Positions 37,942 through 48,405 are shown, numbered from the stretch's first letter. The stretch is DNA of 64,000 bases from an uncultured Bacilli bacterium (GCA_947626055.1 CANQQP010000001.1:10672-74671); one strand, 5' to 3'. A program made the numbers and translations. Notes: generated by a model from the letters alone, not told the origin.

Positions 37942-38768
37942 TGAAGGGAAAAATTATTAAAATAATTAGTAATCTTTATACAGTTCAAGCTAATGGTAAA
38001 GAATATGAATGTCGAGCCAGGGGAAAATTTCGCAATGACAAAATTACCCCTTTAGTTGGGGATAATTGTCATATTGATCCAGAAAATAATTATATTTTAG
38101 AAATTGAAAAAAGAACGAATAGCTTAGAACGTCCGGCGGTAGCTAATGTAGATTATGCAGTAATTTTAACAAGTGTTGTAAAACCAAATTTATCATTAAA
38201 TTTATTAGATAAAATGTTAAGTATTATTATACTTAATAAAATTAAACCAATTATATGTTTTTCCAAGTTAGACTTAGCAACTAGCCAGGAAAAAAAGACA
38301 ATAAAAAAATTAAGTAAATATTATCGTAAGTTGGGTATTTTGGTGATTAGTAATAGACAAGTTGGCAAATTAAAAAAAATATTAAAGGGAAGTGTCGCGG
38401 TTTTTACTGGCCAAACAGGAGCTGGTAAATCGACATTACTCAATAAAATTGATAAATCATTAGAACTTAAAACTGGGGAAATATCTGAAGCTCTAGGGAG
38501 AGGTAAACATACAACGCGTCATGTAGAATTATTTACTGTAGCTGGTTGCTATTTAGTAGATACTCCTGGTTTTTCGGCTCTTGATCTTAATAACTTTTCT
38601 AAAGAAGAAATAAAATCTTCTTTCCCAGAGTTTTCTTTATATCAATGCCAATTTCCTAATTGTATGCACGTTAATGAAAAAAAGTGCGCTGTAAAAGAGG
38701 CAGTTGCCCAAGATAAAATTTTAAAATCACGTTACGATAATTATAAAAGTTTTATTAGTGAGAAGTGA
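37941..38768 (+). CDS. rsgA: Ribosome small-subunit-dependent GTPase A (RsgA/CpgA)
   Basis: OB-fold N-terminus, GQTGAGKST Walker A, and the C-terminal zinc-finger cysteines C..C..H..C. Confidence 0.85.
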   Translation: MKGKIIKIISNLYTVQANGKEYECRARGKFRNDKITPLVGDNCHIDPENNYILEIEKRTNSLERPAVANVDYAVILTSVVKPNLSLNLLDKMLSIIILNKIKPIICFSKLDLATSQEKKTIKKLSKYYRKLGILVISNRQVGKLKKILKGSVAVFTGQTGAGKSTLLNKIDKSLELKTGEISEALGRGKHTTRHVELFTVAGCYLVDTPGFSALDLNNFSKEEIKSSFPEFSLYQCQFPNCMHVNEKKCAVKEAVAQDKILKSRYDNYKSFISEK

Positions 38769-38772
38769 GAAT

Positions 38773-39399
38773 ATGCAAGTATCAGTATCATTTTTAAAAA
38801 GAAAAGATAATTTAAAGGAAACTTTAAAAAAAATAGAGCAAACAAATTGTGATTATATTCATGTAGATGTCATGGATGGTCTTTTCGTTATGGAAAAAAC
38901 TGAAAATCTTTGTCCTTATTTGCAAAACATATCAAAAAAATTGGATGTGCATCTTATGTGTGCCCATCCTTTAGATTATATTAATGAGTATAAAAATTTA
39001 CCTACCGAATACATCACAATTCAAGCCGAAATAACCGATAATCTTAATAATTTAATTAATATTATTAAAAAAGAAAATATAAAAGTTGGCCTTGCTATTA
39101 ATCCAGATACGCCAGTATCTAAAATAGAACCATATTTAGCAAATATTGATCAAGTTTTAGTTATGAGTGTTATTCCTGGTAAAGGCGGGCAGGAGTTTAA
39201 AGAAACAGCAATATTAAAAGTCAAAGAGCTTGATAAATTAAGAAAAGAGAATAATTATCATTTTATCATTAATGTTGATGGAGGGATAAATGATCATACT
39301 ATCACTCTTTTAAAAGATACAGGTTTAGATATGTGCGTTTCGGGTTCTTTTATTTGTTTAAGTGAAAATTTTCAAGAACAGATTAACAAATTACGTTAA
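38773..39399 (+). CDS. rpe: Ribulose-phosphate 3-epimerase
   Basis: HVDVMDG..V, VH.M and DGGIN motifs of RPE. RBS GAGAAGTGAGA before the ATG at 38773. Confidence 0.85.
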   Translation: MQVSVSFLKRKDNLKETLKKIEQTNCDYIHVDVMDGLFVMEKTENLCPYLQNISKKLDVHLMCAHPLDYINEYKNLPTEYITIQAEITDNLNNLINIIKKENIKVGLAINPDTPVSKIEPYLANIDQVLVMSVIPGKGGQEFKETAILKVKELDKLRKENNYHFIINVDGGINDHTITLLKDTGLDMCVSGSFICLSENFQEQINKLR

Positions 39400-39402
39400 A
39401 AT

Positions 39403-39431
39403 AAAAACTGCTTCATTAGGCAGCTTTTTTT
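39403..39431. terminator. Bidirectional terminator between rpe (+) and rpmB (-)
   Basis: Stem ctgct/ggcag with loop tcatta, between an A-run and a T7 run. It overlaps the rpmB stop. Confidence 0.45.
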
Positions 39432-39574
39432 GTTTCTCTTGCAGTGATTCTAACACTTTTACCATTAATTTTTTTCTTTTGAAGATTAGGTTTTTGTTGT
39501 GTTTTAGTAGCATTTAAAGCATGAGAACGTTTGTTTCCAGTTAAAGGTTTTTTAGTTGTTACTTTTTTTGCCAT
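39416..39574 (-). CDS. rpmB: 50S ribosomal protein L28 (52 aa; below the ORF-track size cut-off)
   Basis: Reverse-strand translation is MAKKVTTKKPLTGNKRSHALNATKTQQKPNLQKKKINGKSVRITARETKKAA. RBS AGGAGGAAAGAG upstream. Confidence 0.85.
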   Translation of the reverse strand: MAKKVTTKKPLTGNKRSHALNATKTQQKPNLQKKKINGKSVRITARETKKAA

Positions 39575-39668
39575 AACTCTTTCCTCCTTTTTAACTAATT
39601 CTTTTAAGACTTTATCATAAATAAATCAAGAAGTCAATTTTTATGTTACAATATTTTATGTGATAAAT

Positions 39669-40412
39669 ATGAATTTAATTAAGGAAAATTGGTCAAAGAA
39701 AGCCTATACTGAATTTCTGCAATATCTAAAAACTTTCAAAGACCCGCAATATTTAGAATTTAATCAAAAAATAGTATCTAGCCAATATAAATTTATTGGA
39801 ATAAGAATTCCAATCTTAAGAAATATTGCTAAAAAAATATTACAGGGTAACTATGAAAGTTTTTTAAAAGTAATGACCCTAAATTATTATGAAGAAATAT
39901 TATTAAGAGGCTTTATTATTGCAGGGATTAAGGATACTCTCAAATTAAAAGAATATATCACTTCTTACGTGTTATTAATTGATAATTGGGCGATATGTGA
40001 TTCATTTTGTAGTAGTCTTAAAATTATTAAAAATAATAAAAAAGAATTTTGGCCATTTTTTAACGATTATTTGAATAGTAAGCATGAATTTTCCGTGCGT
40101 GTGGCAATTGTAGTTTTTCTAAATTATTATGTTGAAAAAGAATATTTAAACAGTATATATGAAATATGCCAAAGAAATTTAATCGATAAATATTATGTTG
40201 ATATGGCAATATCATGGCTTATTTGTGAATGTTTTATTAAATATCCTTCTGCTACCTTTAAATTTTTACAAGAAAGTCACCTTAAACCCTTTATTTTTAA
40301 TAAAGCTTTAAGTAAGATTAAGGATTCTTATAAAGTAAGTAAAGAAGCTAAAGCTAATTTGGAGAAGTTAAAAAAAGCAAAAATATGTTGTAAAACGCCA
40401 AAAATTGTCTGA
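39669..40412 (+). CDS. DNA alkylation repair protein (AlkD/AlkC-like HEAT-repeat glycosylase family)
   Basis: About 247 aa, all-helical. The pattern W...AY.EF..YL......Y..FN..I..S....IG.R.P.LR.IAK matches the AlkD-like family. Confidence 0.65.
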   Translation: MNLIKENWSKKAYTEFLQYLKTFKDPQYLEFNQKIVSSQYKFIGIRIPILRNIAKKILQGNYESFLKVMTLNYYEEILLRGFIIAGIKDTLKLKEYITSYVLLIDNWAICDSFCSSLKIIKNNKKEFWPFFNDYLNSKHEFSVRVAIVVFLNYYVEKEYLNSIYEICQRNLIDKYYVDMAISWLICECFIKYPSATFKFLQESHLKPFIFNKALSKIKDSYKVSKEAKANLEKLKKAKICCKTPKIV

Positions 40413-40472
40413 GTTTATTTGCTTATTTGGTTGGACTTTGGTAAAATTAAATTGTACTAGAGGTGATTTTTA

Positions 40473-40682
40473 ATGGAAGAAAAAACCACTAAAGCAATCT
40501 TACAAGAAGTTTTTGAATTATTGGTCGCTGGCAATTATGATGCGACAAGTCAGATTGTAGGATATTTAAACAGTGGAGATCCGGGATATGTTTCTAGTTA
40601 CAAAGGCGCTCGGGAAAAGATAATTGCACTTGATAGATATGCACTTATTGAAATCATGTTAAAGGAATTTCTTAGTAAATAA
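40473..40682 (+). CDS. UPF0297 family protein (IreB-like)
   Basis: 69 aa with QIVGYLNSGDPGYVSSYKGAR..I..DRY.L.E..L, the UPF0297 signature. Its stop overlaps the ruvX start. Confidence 0.7.
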   Translation: MEEKTTKAILQEVFELLVAGNYDATSQIVGYLNSGDPGYVSSYKGAREKIIALDRYALIEIMLKEFLSK

Positions 40683-41101
40683 TGCGTTATTTAGGGCTTG
40701 ATTTAGGTACTAAAACAGTAGGTGTGGCTATTAGTGATAAAACTAATACCATTGCGAGTAACTTAAAAGTAATCAAATATACTAGTCAAACCAAAGAAGC
40801 AATGTTGCAAGAAATTTGTGATTTGATTAATACTTATCATATTACTCATGTAGTTTTAGGATTACCTAAAAATATGGATAATTCTTTGGGCTTTGCCAGT
40901 CAAAGAAGCCTAGACTTTCAAAAAGAATTAGCCCAAAAGTGTGATGTGCAAATTGAACTTTTAGATGAGCGTTTGACGACAGTGCAAGCAGAAAATATTT
41001 TATTGGATGCTGATTTAAGTCGAAAAAAAAGAAAAAAAGTCATTGATGGGGTGGCGGCGACGATTATACTTGATACTTATTTAAGAATGAAGGGAAAGTA
41101 A
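40682..41101 (+). CDS. ruvX: Holliday junction resolvase-like protein RuvX/YqgF
   Basis: 139 aa. N-terminal LGLDLGTKTVGVA and the DER.TT acidic motif. Confidence 0.85.
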   Translation: MRYLGLDLGTKTVGVAISDKTNTIASNLKVIKYTSQTKEAMLQEICDLINTYHITHVVLGLPKNMDNSLGFASQRSLDFQKELAQKCDVQIELLDERLTTVQAENILLDADLSRKKRKKVIDGVAATIILDTYLRMKGK

Positions 41102-41103
41102 AA

Positions 41104-41403
41104 ATGAAAGAAGAAAATGATAATCAAAATGTTTTAACACTAGTAAATGACAAAGGAGAACAAATAACTTGTGAAGTTTTATTTACATTTGATAATGATA
41201 AAAATAAACAAAGTTATATTGTTTATACCGATAACACTACTGATGAAACTGGCAGTACGAAAGTGTATGCTAGTATTTATGATCCAAGTGGCAAAGATAA
41301 GACTTTAAAACCTATTGAAACCGAGGAAGAATGGGCTTTAATTGAAAATATCTTATCTTCTATCCAAGAAAAAGTGGACGCAGAAAGCGAAAAAGATCAA
41401 TGA
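41104..41403 (+). CDS. DUF1292 (UPF0473) family protein
   Basis: 99-aa acidic protein with the pattern ..DE.G.E...EVLFTFD......YIV typical of DUF1292. Conserved position after ruvX. Confidence 0.65.
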   Translation: MKEENDNQNVLTLVNDKGEQITCEVLFTFDNDKNKQSYIVYTDNTTDETGSTKVYASIYDPSGKDKTLKPIETEEEWALIENILSSIQEKVDAESEKDQ

Positions 41404-42464
41404 AAAAATTAGTAGTGGGATTAATTATTGCTTTAGTTGCCATTATTATTTTAATAATTAGTTTGTATTTTTATTTCTTAGCGCCCGTGGCGAAAAATGA
41501 TTCCAAAAACATCTCTTTTGTAGTAAAACAAGGCGAAGGAGAAAAACAAATCATTGATAATTTAAAAACGGCCGATTTAATTCGTTGTAAGGAAGCCGCT
41601 TATATTTATAACCTTTTTCACAGGGATTATACTTTTAAAGTGGGGACTTTTACTTTAAAGAGAAATATGAGTGTCAAACAAATATTTAAGATCTTAGATA
41701 GTGGCAAAACGAAAGAACAAAAAGGAATTAATATTACTTTTAAAGAAGGAAAAAGATATCCTGATTATCTGGAAGAGATATCTAGTTCTTTAAAGATTTC
41801 TGAAGATGATTTTAAAAATCTGATGCAAGATAATAACTATTTGAAAAGTTTAATTGCCGATTACTGGTTTTTAACTGATGATATTTTAAATCCGGATATT
41901 TATTATCCTCTAGAAGGTTATTTATTTCCAGATACCTATAATTTTTTTGAAAACACCTCTGCTCAAGATGTTCTAAAAACGATATTGGATAATACAGAAA
42001 GTAAATTAGCTCCTTATAAAAAGGACATGCAGAAAAATGCTTATAGTATTCACGAAATTATGACCCTAGCTTCTATTGTTGAATTAGAAGGCAAAGACGG
42101 TAGCGATAGAGCTGGTATTGTTGGCGTATTTACAAACAGAATTAATATCGGAATGTCTTTAGGCAGTGATGTAACTACTTATTATGCTGCGCAAAAAGAA
42201 TTTAAAGATAATTTGACAGCTGATGAATTAAATGAATGTAATGCTTATAATACGCGCGGAACATGTTTTAAGGGTCTACCAGTAGGACCAATATCCAATC
42301 CTGGTATCGAAGCGATTAAGGCAGCAATATATCCGGAAGATAACGATTATCTATTCTTTGTTTCTGATAAAAGTGGTAAAATATACTTTAGTAAGACCAA
42401 TGCTGAACATGAACAGCAAGTAGCAAAATTAAAAGATAACGATAATTGGTATGTTTATGAATAA
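41400..42464 (+). CDS. mltG: Endolytic murein transglycosylase MltG (YceG-like)
   Basis: N-terminal TM helix and YceG-domain motifs (..LASIVE.E, ...YNTY...GLPPGPI.NPG). Confidence 0.85.
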   Translation: MKKLVVGLIIALVAIIILIISLYFYFLAPVAKNDSKNISFVVKQGEGEKQIIDNLKTADLIRCKEAAYIYNLFHRDYTFKVGTFTLKRNMSVKQIFKILDSGKTKEQKGINITFKEGKRYPDYLEEISSSLKISEDDFKNLMQDNNYLKSLIADYWFLTDDILNPDIYYPLEGYLFPDTYNFFENTSAQDVLKTILDNTESKLAPYKKDMQKNAYSIHEIMTLASIVELEGKDGSDRAGIVGVFTNRINIGMSLGSDVTTYYAAQKEFKDNLTADELNECNAYNTRGTCFKGLPVGPISNPGIEAIKAAIYPEDNDYLFFVSDKSGKIYFSKTNAEHEQQVAKLKDNDNWYVYE

Positions 42465-42497
42465 AGAATATAATATATAGTAGAAAGAGTGAAAATA

Positions 42498-43094
42498 ATG
42501 AAACAATTCATAGAAGAGATGGAAGAATATGCCAAAAATAAAAATGTGCCTATCATTGAAAAAGAATCCATAACTTTTATAATGAAATATATTAAATTAA
42601 ATAATGTTAAAAATATATTGGAAATTGGTTCGGCCATTGGTTATTCGGCTATTTTGATGGCAAGTGTCGCTGAAGATGTCAAAGTTACTACTATTGAACG
42701 TGATGAAACTCGTTATATGGAATGTTTAAAAAATGTCAAAAAGTGTGGCATGGATAAAAAAATTACAGTAGTTTATCAGGATGCTTTAGAAGTTAATTTA
42801 ACAGATAAAATTGAGTATGATTTAATATTTATCGATGCTGCTAAAGGACAATATACTAAGTTTTTTGAAAAGTTTAAATATTTCTTGGCTCCTGGCGGTA
42901 TAATTATTACTGATAATTTAAAATTTCATGGTTATGTCGGCAGTAAAAAGAAAATTGAAAGCAAAAACTTAGAAGGAATAGTTAAAAAAATTGAAAAATA
43001 CATCTTATTTTTAAAAGAAAACGAAGAATTTGAAACAAAATTTTATGATGTTGGAGATGGACTTTCGGTCAGTGTCAAAAAAGATTCTCGCTAA
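42498..43094 (+). CDS. Class I SAM-dependent O-methyltransferase (YrrM-like)
   Basis: Methyltransferase motif I (LEIGSAIGYSAI) and the D.LFIDA region. It follows mltG, as yrrM does in Bacillus. Confidence 0.7.
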   Translation: MKQFIEEMEEYAKNKNVPIIEKESITFIMKYIKLNNVKNILEIGSAIGYSAILMASVAEDVKVTTIERDETRYMECLKNVKKCGMDKKITVVYQDALEVNLTDKIEYDLIFIDAAKGQYTKFFEKFKYFLAPGGIIITDNLKFHGYVGSKKKIESKNLEGIVKKIEKYILFLKENEEFETKFYDVGDGLSVSVKKDSR

Positions 43095-43106
43095 GGCGAG
43101 TTTTTT
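43087..43106 (+). terminator. Intrinsic terminator overlapping the methyltransferase stop codon
   Basis: Stem ctcgc/gcgag with loop taag (the stop codon is in the loop), followed by T6. Confidence 0.5.
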
Positions 43107-43174
43107 ATATACTTCTAGACGCGATTTACTTTACATATATTTTTATGTTAAGATACATTTGTTGGGAGGCTAAG

Positions 43175-44569
43175 ATGAAAAAAGGTTTAACAGTAGCTCA
43201 AATTGTGGAGATTTGTAAAGGAAAATTATATTGTGGCTCAAATAAAGTGATTTGCGAAAACTTTGTTAAGGATACAAGACAAATCGCTAAAAATGATACA
43301 TATATTGGAATTAAAGGGGCTAAATTTGATGGTAATGCTTTTTACCAAGACGCTTTTGCCAAAGGAGCAAATTGTTGTATTTTAGAAAGCGAGTTTGCTC
43401 AAAATAATGCGATAGAGGCAACTACTCAGCCCATTATTATTGTCGAAAATACAATTGCAGCTCTAAGATTACTAGCTTTATATAAAAGAGACCATTCTGG
43501 TGCCAAAGTAATTGGCGTTACGGGTAGTGTTGGAAAAACTTCTACTAGAGATATGATATATAGTGTAGTGAAAACTCATTTTAAATCTTTAAAAACCGAA
43601 GGAAATTACAATAATAATATTGGTCTTCCTCTTACTTTATTACGTCTTTCTGATGAAGAGGCAGCCGTTATTGAAATGGGAATGAATCATTTAGGCGAAA
43701 TTGATTATTTAACTAAAATTGCTAAACCTCATATTAGTGTAATTACCAATGTTGGCACTGCTCATATTGGGGAACTAGGGGGAAGAGAAAACATTTTAAA
43801 AGCTAAGTTGGAAATCATAAATGGTATGGATAAAGATGGTATATTAATAGTTAATAATGATAATGATTTATTGCACACTTATGTCCAAAATGCTCAAAAT
43901 ATCAATATTGTTACGATTGGCATTGATGAAAAAAGTGACTTTATGGCCACTGATATTGACTTAAAAGAAACATCATCAACTTTTAAAATTAAATATCAAT
44001 CTATGATTTATGATGTTTATGTTCCCGTTCCTGGGCGAGTTTTTATCTATAATAGTCTAGTAGCCTTTGCCGTAGGAATGCTTTTAAATATCAATCCCAA
44101 GCAAATAATTGCGGGGATTAAAAATTTTGAACTTACAAAAAATAGGCTAGAATATTTGAATTTATCAAATAATATCACAATAATTAATGATGCTTATAAT
44201 GCTTCTGTGGATTCAATGAAATCGTCACTCGAAATTTTAGGAAAATATACTTCTCGAAAGATTGCCGTTTTAGGCGATATGTTAGAACTAGGAGAGTATG
44301 CCAAACAACTTCATGAAGAAGTAGGAGAGTATGTTCAAGAAAATAATATTGATATTTTAATTACCGTTGGTCAAGAAGCGCAAAATATTGCAGCAATGGC
44401 GGTAGAAAAAGGAATGCTTAAAGATAATGTCTATACCTTTTTAACAAATGACGAAGCTCTTTTAAAAATAAAAGAACTTATAAAAGCTCATGACGTTATT
44501 TTATTTAAAGCATCTAATGGTATGCACTTTAATGAAATAATTACCAAGTTAAAAGAAACTATGATGTAA
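43175..44569 (+). CDS. murF: UDP-N-acetylmuramoyl-tripeptide--D-alanyl-D-alanine ligase
   Basis: Mur ligase motifs GVTGSVGKTST and the DAYNAS region, with the domain order of MurF. Confidence 0.85.
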   Translation: MKKGLTVAQIVEICKGKLYCGSNKVICENFVKDTRQIAKNDTYIGIKGAKFDGNAFYQDAFAKGANCCILESEFAQNNAIEATTQPIIIVENTIAALRLLALYKRDHSGAKVIGVTGSVGKTSTRDMIYSVVKTHFKSLKTEGNYNNNIGLPLTLLRLSDEEAAVIEMGMNHLGEIDYLTKIAKPHISVITNVGTAHIGELGGRENILKAKLEIINGMDKDGILIVNNDNDLLHTYVQNAQNINIVTIGIDEKSDFMATDIDLKETSSTFKIKYQSMIYDVYVPVPGRVFIYNSLVAFAVGMLLNINPKQIIAGIKNFELTKNRLEYLNLSNNITIINDAYNASVDSMKSSLEILGKYTSRKIAVLGDMLELGEYAKQLHEEVGEYVQENNIDILITVGQEAQNIAAMAVEKGMLKDNVYTFLTNDEALLKIKELIKAHDVILFKASNGMHFNEIITKLKETMM

Positions 44570-44579
44570 CGAGGAAGAA

Positions 44580-45383
44580 ATGAAAGAAAAAATTATTGTA
44601 AATATCAAAAATTTATCCGAAATAACAGAATATGAAAAGCAGGGAATAACGAATTTTTTAGTACCTTTAGCTAATTTTTGCGTTGGATATGATGAATTAG
44701 ATTTAGAAGATATAAATAGGGTAACAAATGATTTTTATCTTTTGATTAATCGCTTGCTTCCTTATGAAGATTTGGTTAAATTAAAAGAAATCTTTAAACA
44801 AATAGATAACCGCTTTTTAAAAGGCATCTTTTTTGAAGATTTAGGGGTCTTATCTATAATAAATGAGCTTAATCTTAACTTGGAAAAAATTTATTTTGCT
44901 AATCATTTTGGGACTAATTATGCCTCAATTAATGCTTTTTTAGAAAGAAATATTGACAGTATGGTAATTTCCAACGAAATAACTAAAGAGGAAATTAAAG
45001 AAATTTTAAATAAAACTCATAAAGATTTGGTTATTCCCGTGTATGGGTATAATCAAATTATGTATTCTCGTCGAAATTTAATCAGTAATTTTAATCAGGA
45101 ATTTGCCTTAAATTTACCATTAGAAAACAAAATAACCGAAAAAGTTACCAAAAAAACTTTAAGGATTAAAGAAAATAAGTATGGGACCGTTATTTATGAT
45201 GAAAAAATTTATAATAATTTAGAATTATTAGAATTTAAGAATAATATTAAATTTTACTATATCAATACAAGTTTTTTAACGACTCAAGATATTTTTGAAG
45301 CTCTAAATAAAACAGAAAAATCTGATTTTAATGGATTTTTAGATAAAAAGACTATTTATAAAATTGGTGATATTAATGAATAA
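44580..45383 (+). CDS. Divergent peptidase-U32-family-like protein (YrrN-like); assignment tentative
   Basis: 267 aa immediately upstream of, and overlapping, a clear U32 peptidase gene, as yrrN-yrrO do in Bacillus. Sequence similarity is weak. Confidence 0.45.
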   Translation: MKEKIIVNIKNLSEITEYEKQGITNFLVPLANFCVGYDELDLEDINRVTNDFYLLINRLLPYEDLVKLKEIFKQIDNRFLKGIFFEDLGVLSIINELNLNLEKIYFANHFGTNYASINAFLERNIDSMVISNEITKEEIKEILNKTHKDLVIPVYGYNQIMYSRRNLISNFNQEFALNLPLENKITEKVTKKTLRIKENKYGTVIYDEKIYNNLELLEFKNNIKFYYINTSFLTTQDIFEALNKTEKSDFNGFLDKKTIYKIGDINE

Positions 45384-46575
45384 AGTAGAATTACTAGCCC
45401 CAGCCGGAGATTTAGAAAGATTAAAATTTGCTTTTCTTTATGGCGCGGATGCTGTTTATATTGGTGGTAAAGATTTTAGCTTACGAGCAAATGCTAAAAA
45501 TTTTACGATAGAAGAAATAAAAGAAGCGGTAAAGTACGCCCATAATTTGCATAAAAAAGTTTATGTTACGGTTAATATTGTTTTTCATAATGAAGAATTA
45601 AAAAATTTAAAAAATTATTTAAAATCTTTAGCTCAAGCTCATGTTGATGCTATTATTGCTAGTGATATTATCGTTTTAGACATTATCAAAAAGGAAAACC
45701 TAAATTTGGAAGTTCATCTTTCTACCCAAGCAAGTATTTTAAATGCCGAAAGTGCCAAATTTTATTTAAAAGAAAATGTAAGTCGTCTTGTTTTGGCAAG
45801 AGAAGCTTCAAGAAAAGATATAATTGATATTAAAACTAAGACCAAGGCGGATTTAGAAGTTTTTATTCACGGGGCAATGTGTACTAGTTTTTCGGGAAAA
45901 TGTGTCTTATCAAATTGCTTTACCAATCGCGATTCCAACCGGGGTGGATGTGCGCAGATATGTCGTTGGGTATTTGATATCGAAAATAGTGGGGAACCAT
46001 TTTCCATTACGCCGAAAGATCTAAATATGGTAAGTTATATCAAAGATATGATTGATATGGGTATTAATTCTTTTAAAATTGAGGGAAGAATGCGCTCTAT
46101 TTACTATGTTTCTACAGTTTTAAATGTCTATCGTAATATTATCGATAAAACGATGAATAAGACTATTAATGATGCATATATTAAATATTATCAAGATATT
46201 TTAAATAGATGTGCCAATCGCGAATCGACTCCCCAGTTTTATGATAAATTACCAACTAATAAAGAACAATATTTTTTAGGACGCCAAGAAGAGTCTAATC
46301 AAGATTTTATTGGGTTAGTTTTAGAATATGATGATGATGCAAAAATGGTAACTATTGAAGAACGTAATTATTTTAAAATTGGTGATGTTTTAGAAGCATT
46401 TGGTCCAAATACGGAACCTTATGAACTAAAAATAAATAAAATATATAATGAAAATATGGAGGAAATAGATGTTGCACGTCATCCCAAAATGATCGTAAAA
46501 ATCCCTTGTGATAAGGCTTTAAATAAATATGATATGCTGCGTTTAAAAATATTTGACATTTCTTCATATTTGTAG
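45376..46575 (+). CDS. Peptidase U32 family protein (YrrO/RlhA-like)
   Basis: N-terminal ELLAPAG.......A...GADAVYIGG, an E..H...QA motif, and the C-terminal CxxxC cysteine pairs typical of U32. Confidence 0.75.
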   Translation: MNKVELLAPAGDLERLKFAFLYGADAVYIGGKDFSLRANAKNFTIEEIKEAVKYAHNLHKKVYVTVNIVFHNEELKNLKNYLKSLAQAHVDAIIASDIIVLDIIKKENLNLEVHLSTQASILNAESAKFYLKENVSRLVLAREASRKDIIDIKTKTKADLEVFIHGAMCTSFSGKCVLSNCFTNRDSNRGGCAQICRWVFDIENSGEPFSITPKDLNMVSYIKDMIDMGINSFKIEGRMRSIYYVSTVLNVYRNIIDKTMNKTINDAYIKYYQDILNRCANRESTPQFYDKLPTNKEQYFLGRQEESNQDFIGLVLEYDDDAKMVTIEERNYFKIGDVLEAFGPNTEPYELKINKIYNENMEEIDVARHPKMIVKIPCDKALNKYDMLRLKIFDISSYL

Positions 46576-46612
46576 TAGACTTATCCATGAAAATTTAAGA
46601 GGTGAAGACAAA

Positions 46613-47083
46613 ATGTCACAAAAACAAGAAATATTAGTAACGGCAGAAGGTTACTTGGAATTAGAAAATGAATTAAATGATTTAAAGATAAATAAAAGAC
46701 CGGAAGTTATTAAAGCTTTAAAAGAAGCACGAGCTTTAGGAGATTTATCCGAAAATGCTGATTATGATGCGGCGCGTGATGAACAGGCGAAATTAGAAGG
46801 ACGCATAAAAGAATTGGAATATAAGTTAGAAAATGCCCAAATTATTTCGAATAATAATAAAGATGTCATCAGTGTTGGTTCTACTGTAACTATTAGTTAT
46901 GTTGATGATAATGAAAAAGAGGAATACAAAATAGTTGGGTCTCTAGAAGCTGATCCTTTCAACAATAAAATTTCGAATGAATCGCCAATTGGTGCTGCCG
47001 TAATTGGCAAAAAAGTAAATGATATTGTTACGGTTGAAACACCAAATGGCTCATTTGATGTCAAAATAGAATCTATCGCTTAA
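46613..47083 (+). CDS. greA: Transcription elongation factor GreA
   Basis: N-terminal coiled coil with RPEVIKALKEARALGDLSENADYDAA (acidic tip DxxE). C-terminal FKBP-like domain. RBS AAGAGGTGAAG upstream. Confidence 0.9.
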   Translation: MSQKQEILVTAEGYLELENELNDLKINKRPEVIKALKEARALGDLSENADYDAARDEQAKLEGRIKELEYKLENAQIISNNNKDVISVGSTVTISYVDDNEKEEYKIVGSLEADPFNNKISNESPIGAAVIGKKVNDIVTVETPNGSFDVKIESIA

Positions 47084-47096
47084 ATCGCGATTTTTT
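47075..47096 (+). terminator. Weak intrinsic terminator after greA
   Basis: 5-bp stem atcgc/gcgat followed by T6. Confidence 0.35.
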
Positions 47097-47160
47097 ACTT
47101 TTTAAGCCTTGTATAAAAAAGGGCTTTAAGTTATAATACATAAGTAATTGGAGGAAAAAT

Positions 47161-48405
47161 ATGGAAAAGAATGTACATGAAATTGAAGTTACCCTTGAAG
47201 GAAAAAAATGGTCAGATTGTTTAGATGCAGCTTTTAATAAAAAACGTAAAAATATTAAATTAGATGGATTTCGAAAAGGAGCTGTACCTAAAGATATCTA
47301 TTTAAAAAAGGTAGGTATAGAATCTTTATATATGGATGCTGTCGATGCAGCTGTTGGTATAGCCTATAAGGAAGCTTTAGATAAAGAAAAAGTCATACCA
47401 GTTATCGAACCAAAAATGGATGTTACTAATATATCTAAAGATGCTGTTACTTTTAAATTTGTTATTGTATCTAAACCCGAAATAAAATTAGGCGAATATA
47501 AAAATTTAGGAGTAAAAAAAGAAGAAAATAAAGTAAGCAAAAAAGAATTAGATGAAGAAATTAAAGCGTTACAAACTCGTTGTGCCGAAATAGTTCCTAA
47601 AGAAGACGGTGCGGCAGAAAGTGGAGATACTGCAGTAATTGATTTTACGGGTTATGTTGATGGTAAAGAATTAGAAGGCGGTAGAGGGGAAAATTATCCT
47701 TTAGAATTAGGTTCCAATACATTTATTCCTGGCTTTGAAGATGCTGTTATTGGAATGAAAATAGGTGAAGAAAAATCAATTGATCTTCGTTTCCCTGAAA
47801 ATTATACAGAAGATTTAAAAAACAAAGATGTCAATTTCAAAGTTAAACTACAAGGTTTAAAACATCGCATATTACCAGAAATTAATGAAGAATTATTTAA
47901 AGATTTAGGTTATGATGATATTAAAACCAAAGAAGAATTTACTAAAAAGATTGAAGAAGAAATTAAACAACGTAAAGCCAAAAATATTGAAGATAAATAT
48001 ATGAATGATTGTTTAGAAAAAGCTGCTAATAATATGACAGTCAAAATTAATGAAGAGATAATTGATGATGAAGTTCATCATATGATTCATCAATTTGAAG
48101 ATCAACTTCGTATGCAAGGTTTAAACATGGAACAATATATGCAATTTACGGGAGCAACTCATGAAGATTTACACAAACAAATGGAAGGGGAAGCAACTAA
48201 AAGAGTTAAATATCGTTATTTATTAGAAGAAGTAATTGAAAAAGAAAAAATTGAAGTTACCGATAAAGAAGCTAAAGAAGAACTCCAAAAAATGGCTAAA
48301 GAATACGATATGAAACCCGAAGAATTTGAACGTCAAATTGGTGGCATAGAAATGGTTAAATACGATTTAAAAATGCGTAGAGCAATGGATATTATTAAGG
48401 GATAA
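47161..48405 (+). CDS. tig: Trigger factor
   Basis: 414 aa. N-terminal ribosome-binding GFRKGAVP motif and a central FKBP PPIase region. Confidence 0.9.
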   Translation: MEKNVHEIEVTLEGKKWSDCLDAAFNKKRKNIKLDGFRKGAVPKDIYLKKVGIESLYMDAVDAAVGIAYKEALDKEKVIPVIEPKMDVTNISKDAVTFKFVIVSKPEIKLGEYKNLGVKKEENKVSKKELDEEIKALQTRCAEIVPKEDGAAESGDTAVIDFTGYVDGKELEGGRGENYPLELGSNTFIPGFEDAVIGMKIGEEKSIDLRFPENYTEDLKNKDVNFKVKLQGLKHRILPEINEELFKDLGYDDIKTKEEFTKKIEEEIKQRKAKNIEDKYMNDCLEKAANNMTVKINEEIIDDEVHHMIHQFEDQLRMQGLNMEQYMQFTGATHEDLHKQMEGEATKRVKYRYLLEEVIEKEKIEVTDKEAKEELQKMAKEYDMKPEEFERQIGGIEMVKYDLKMRRAMDIIKG

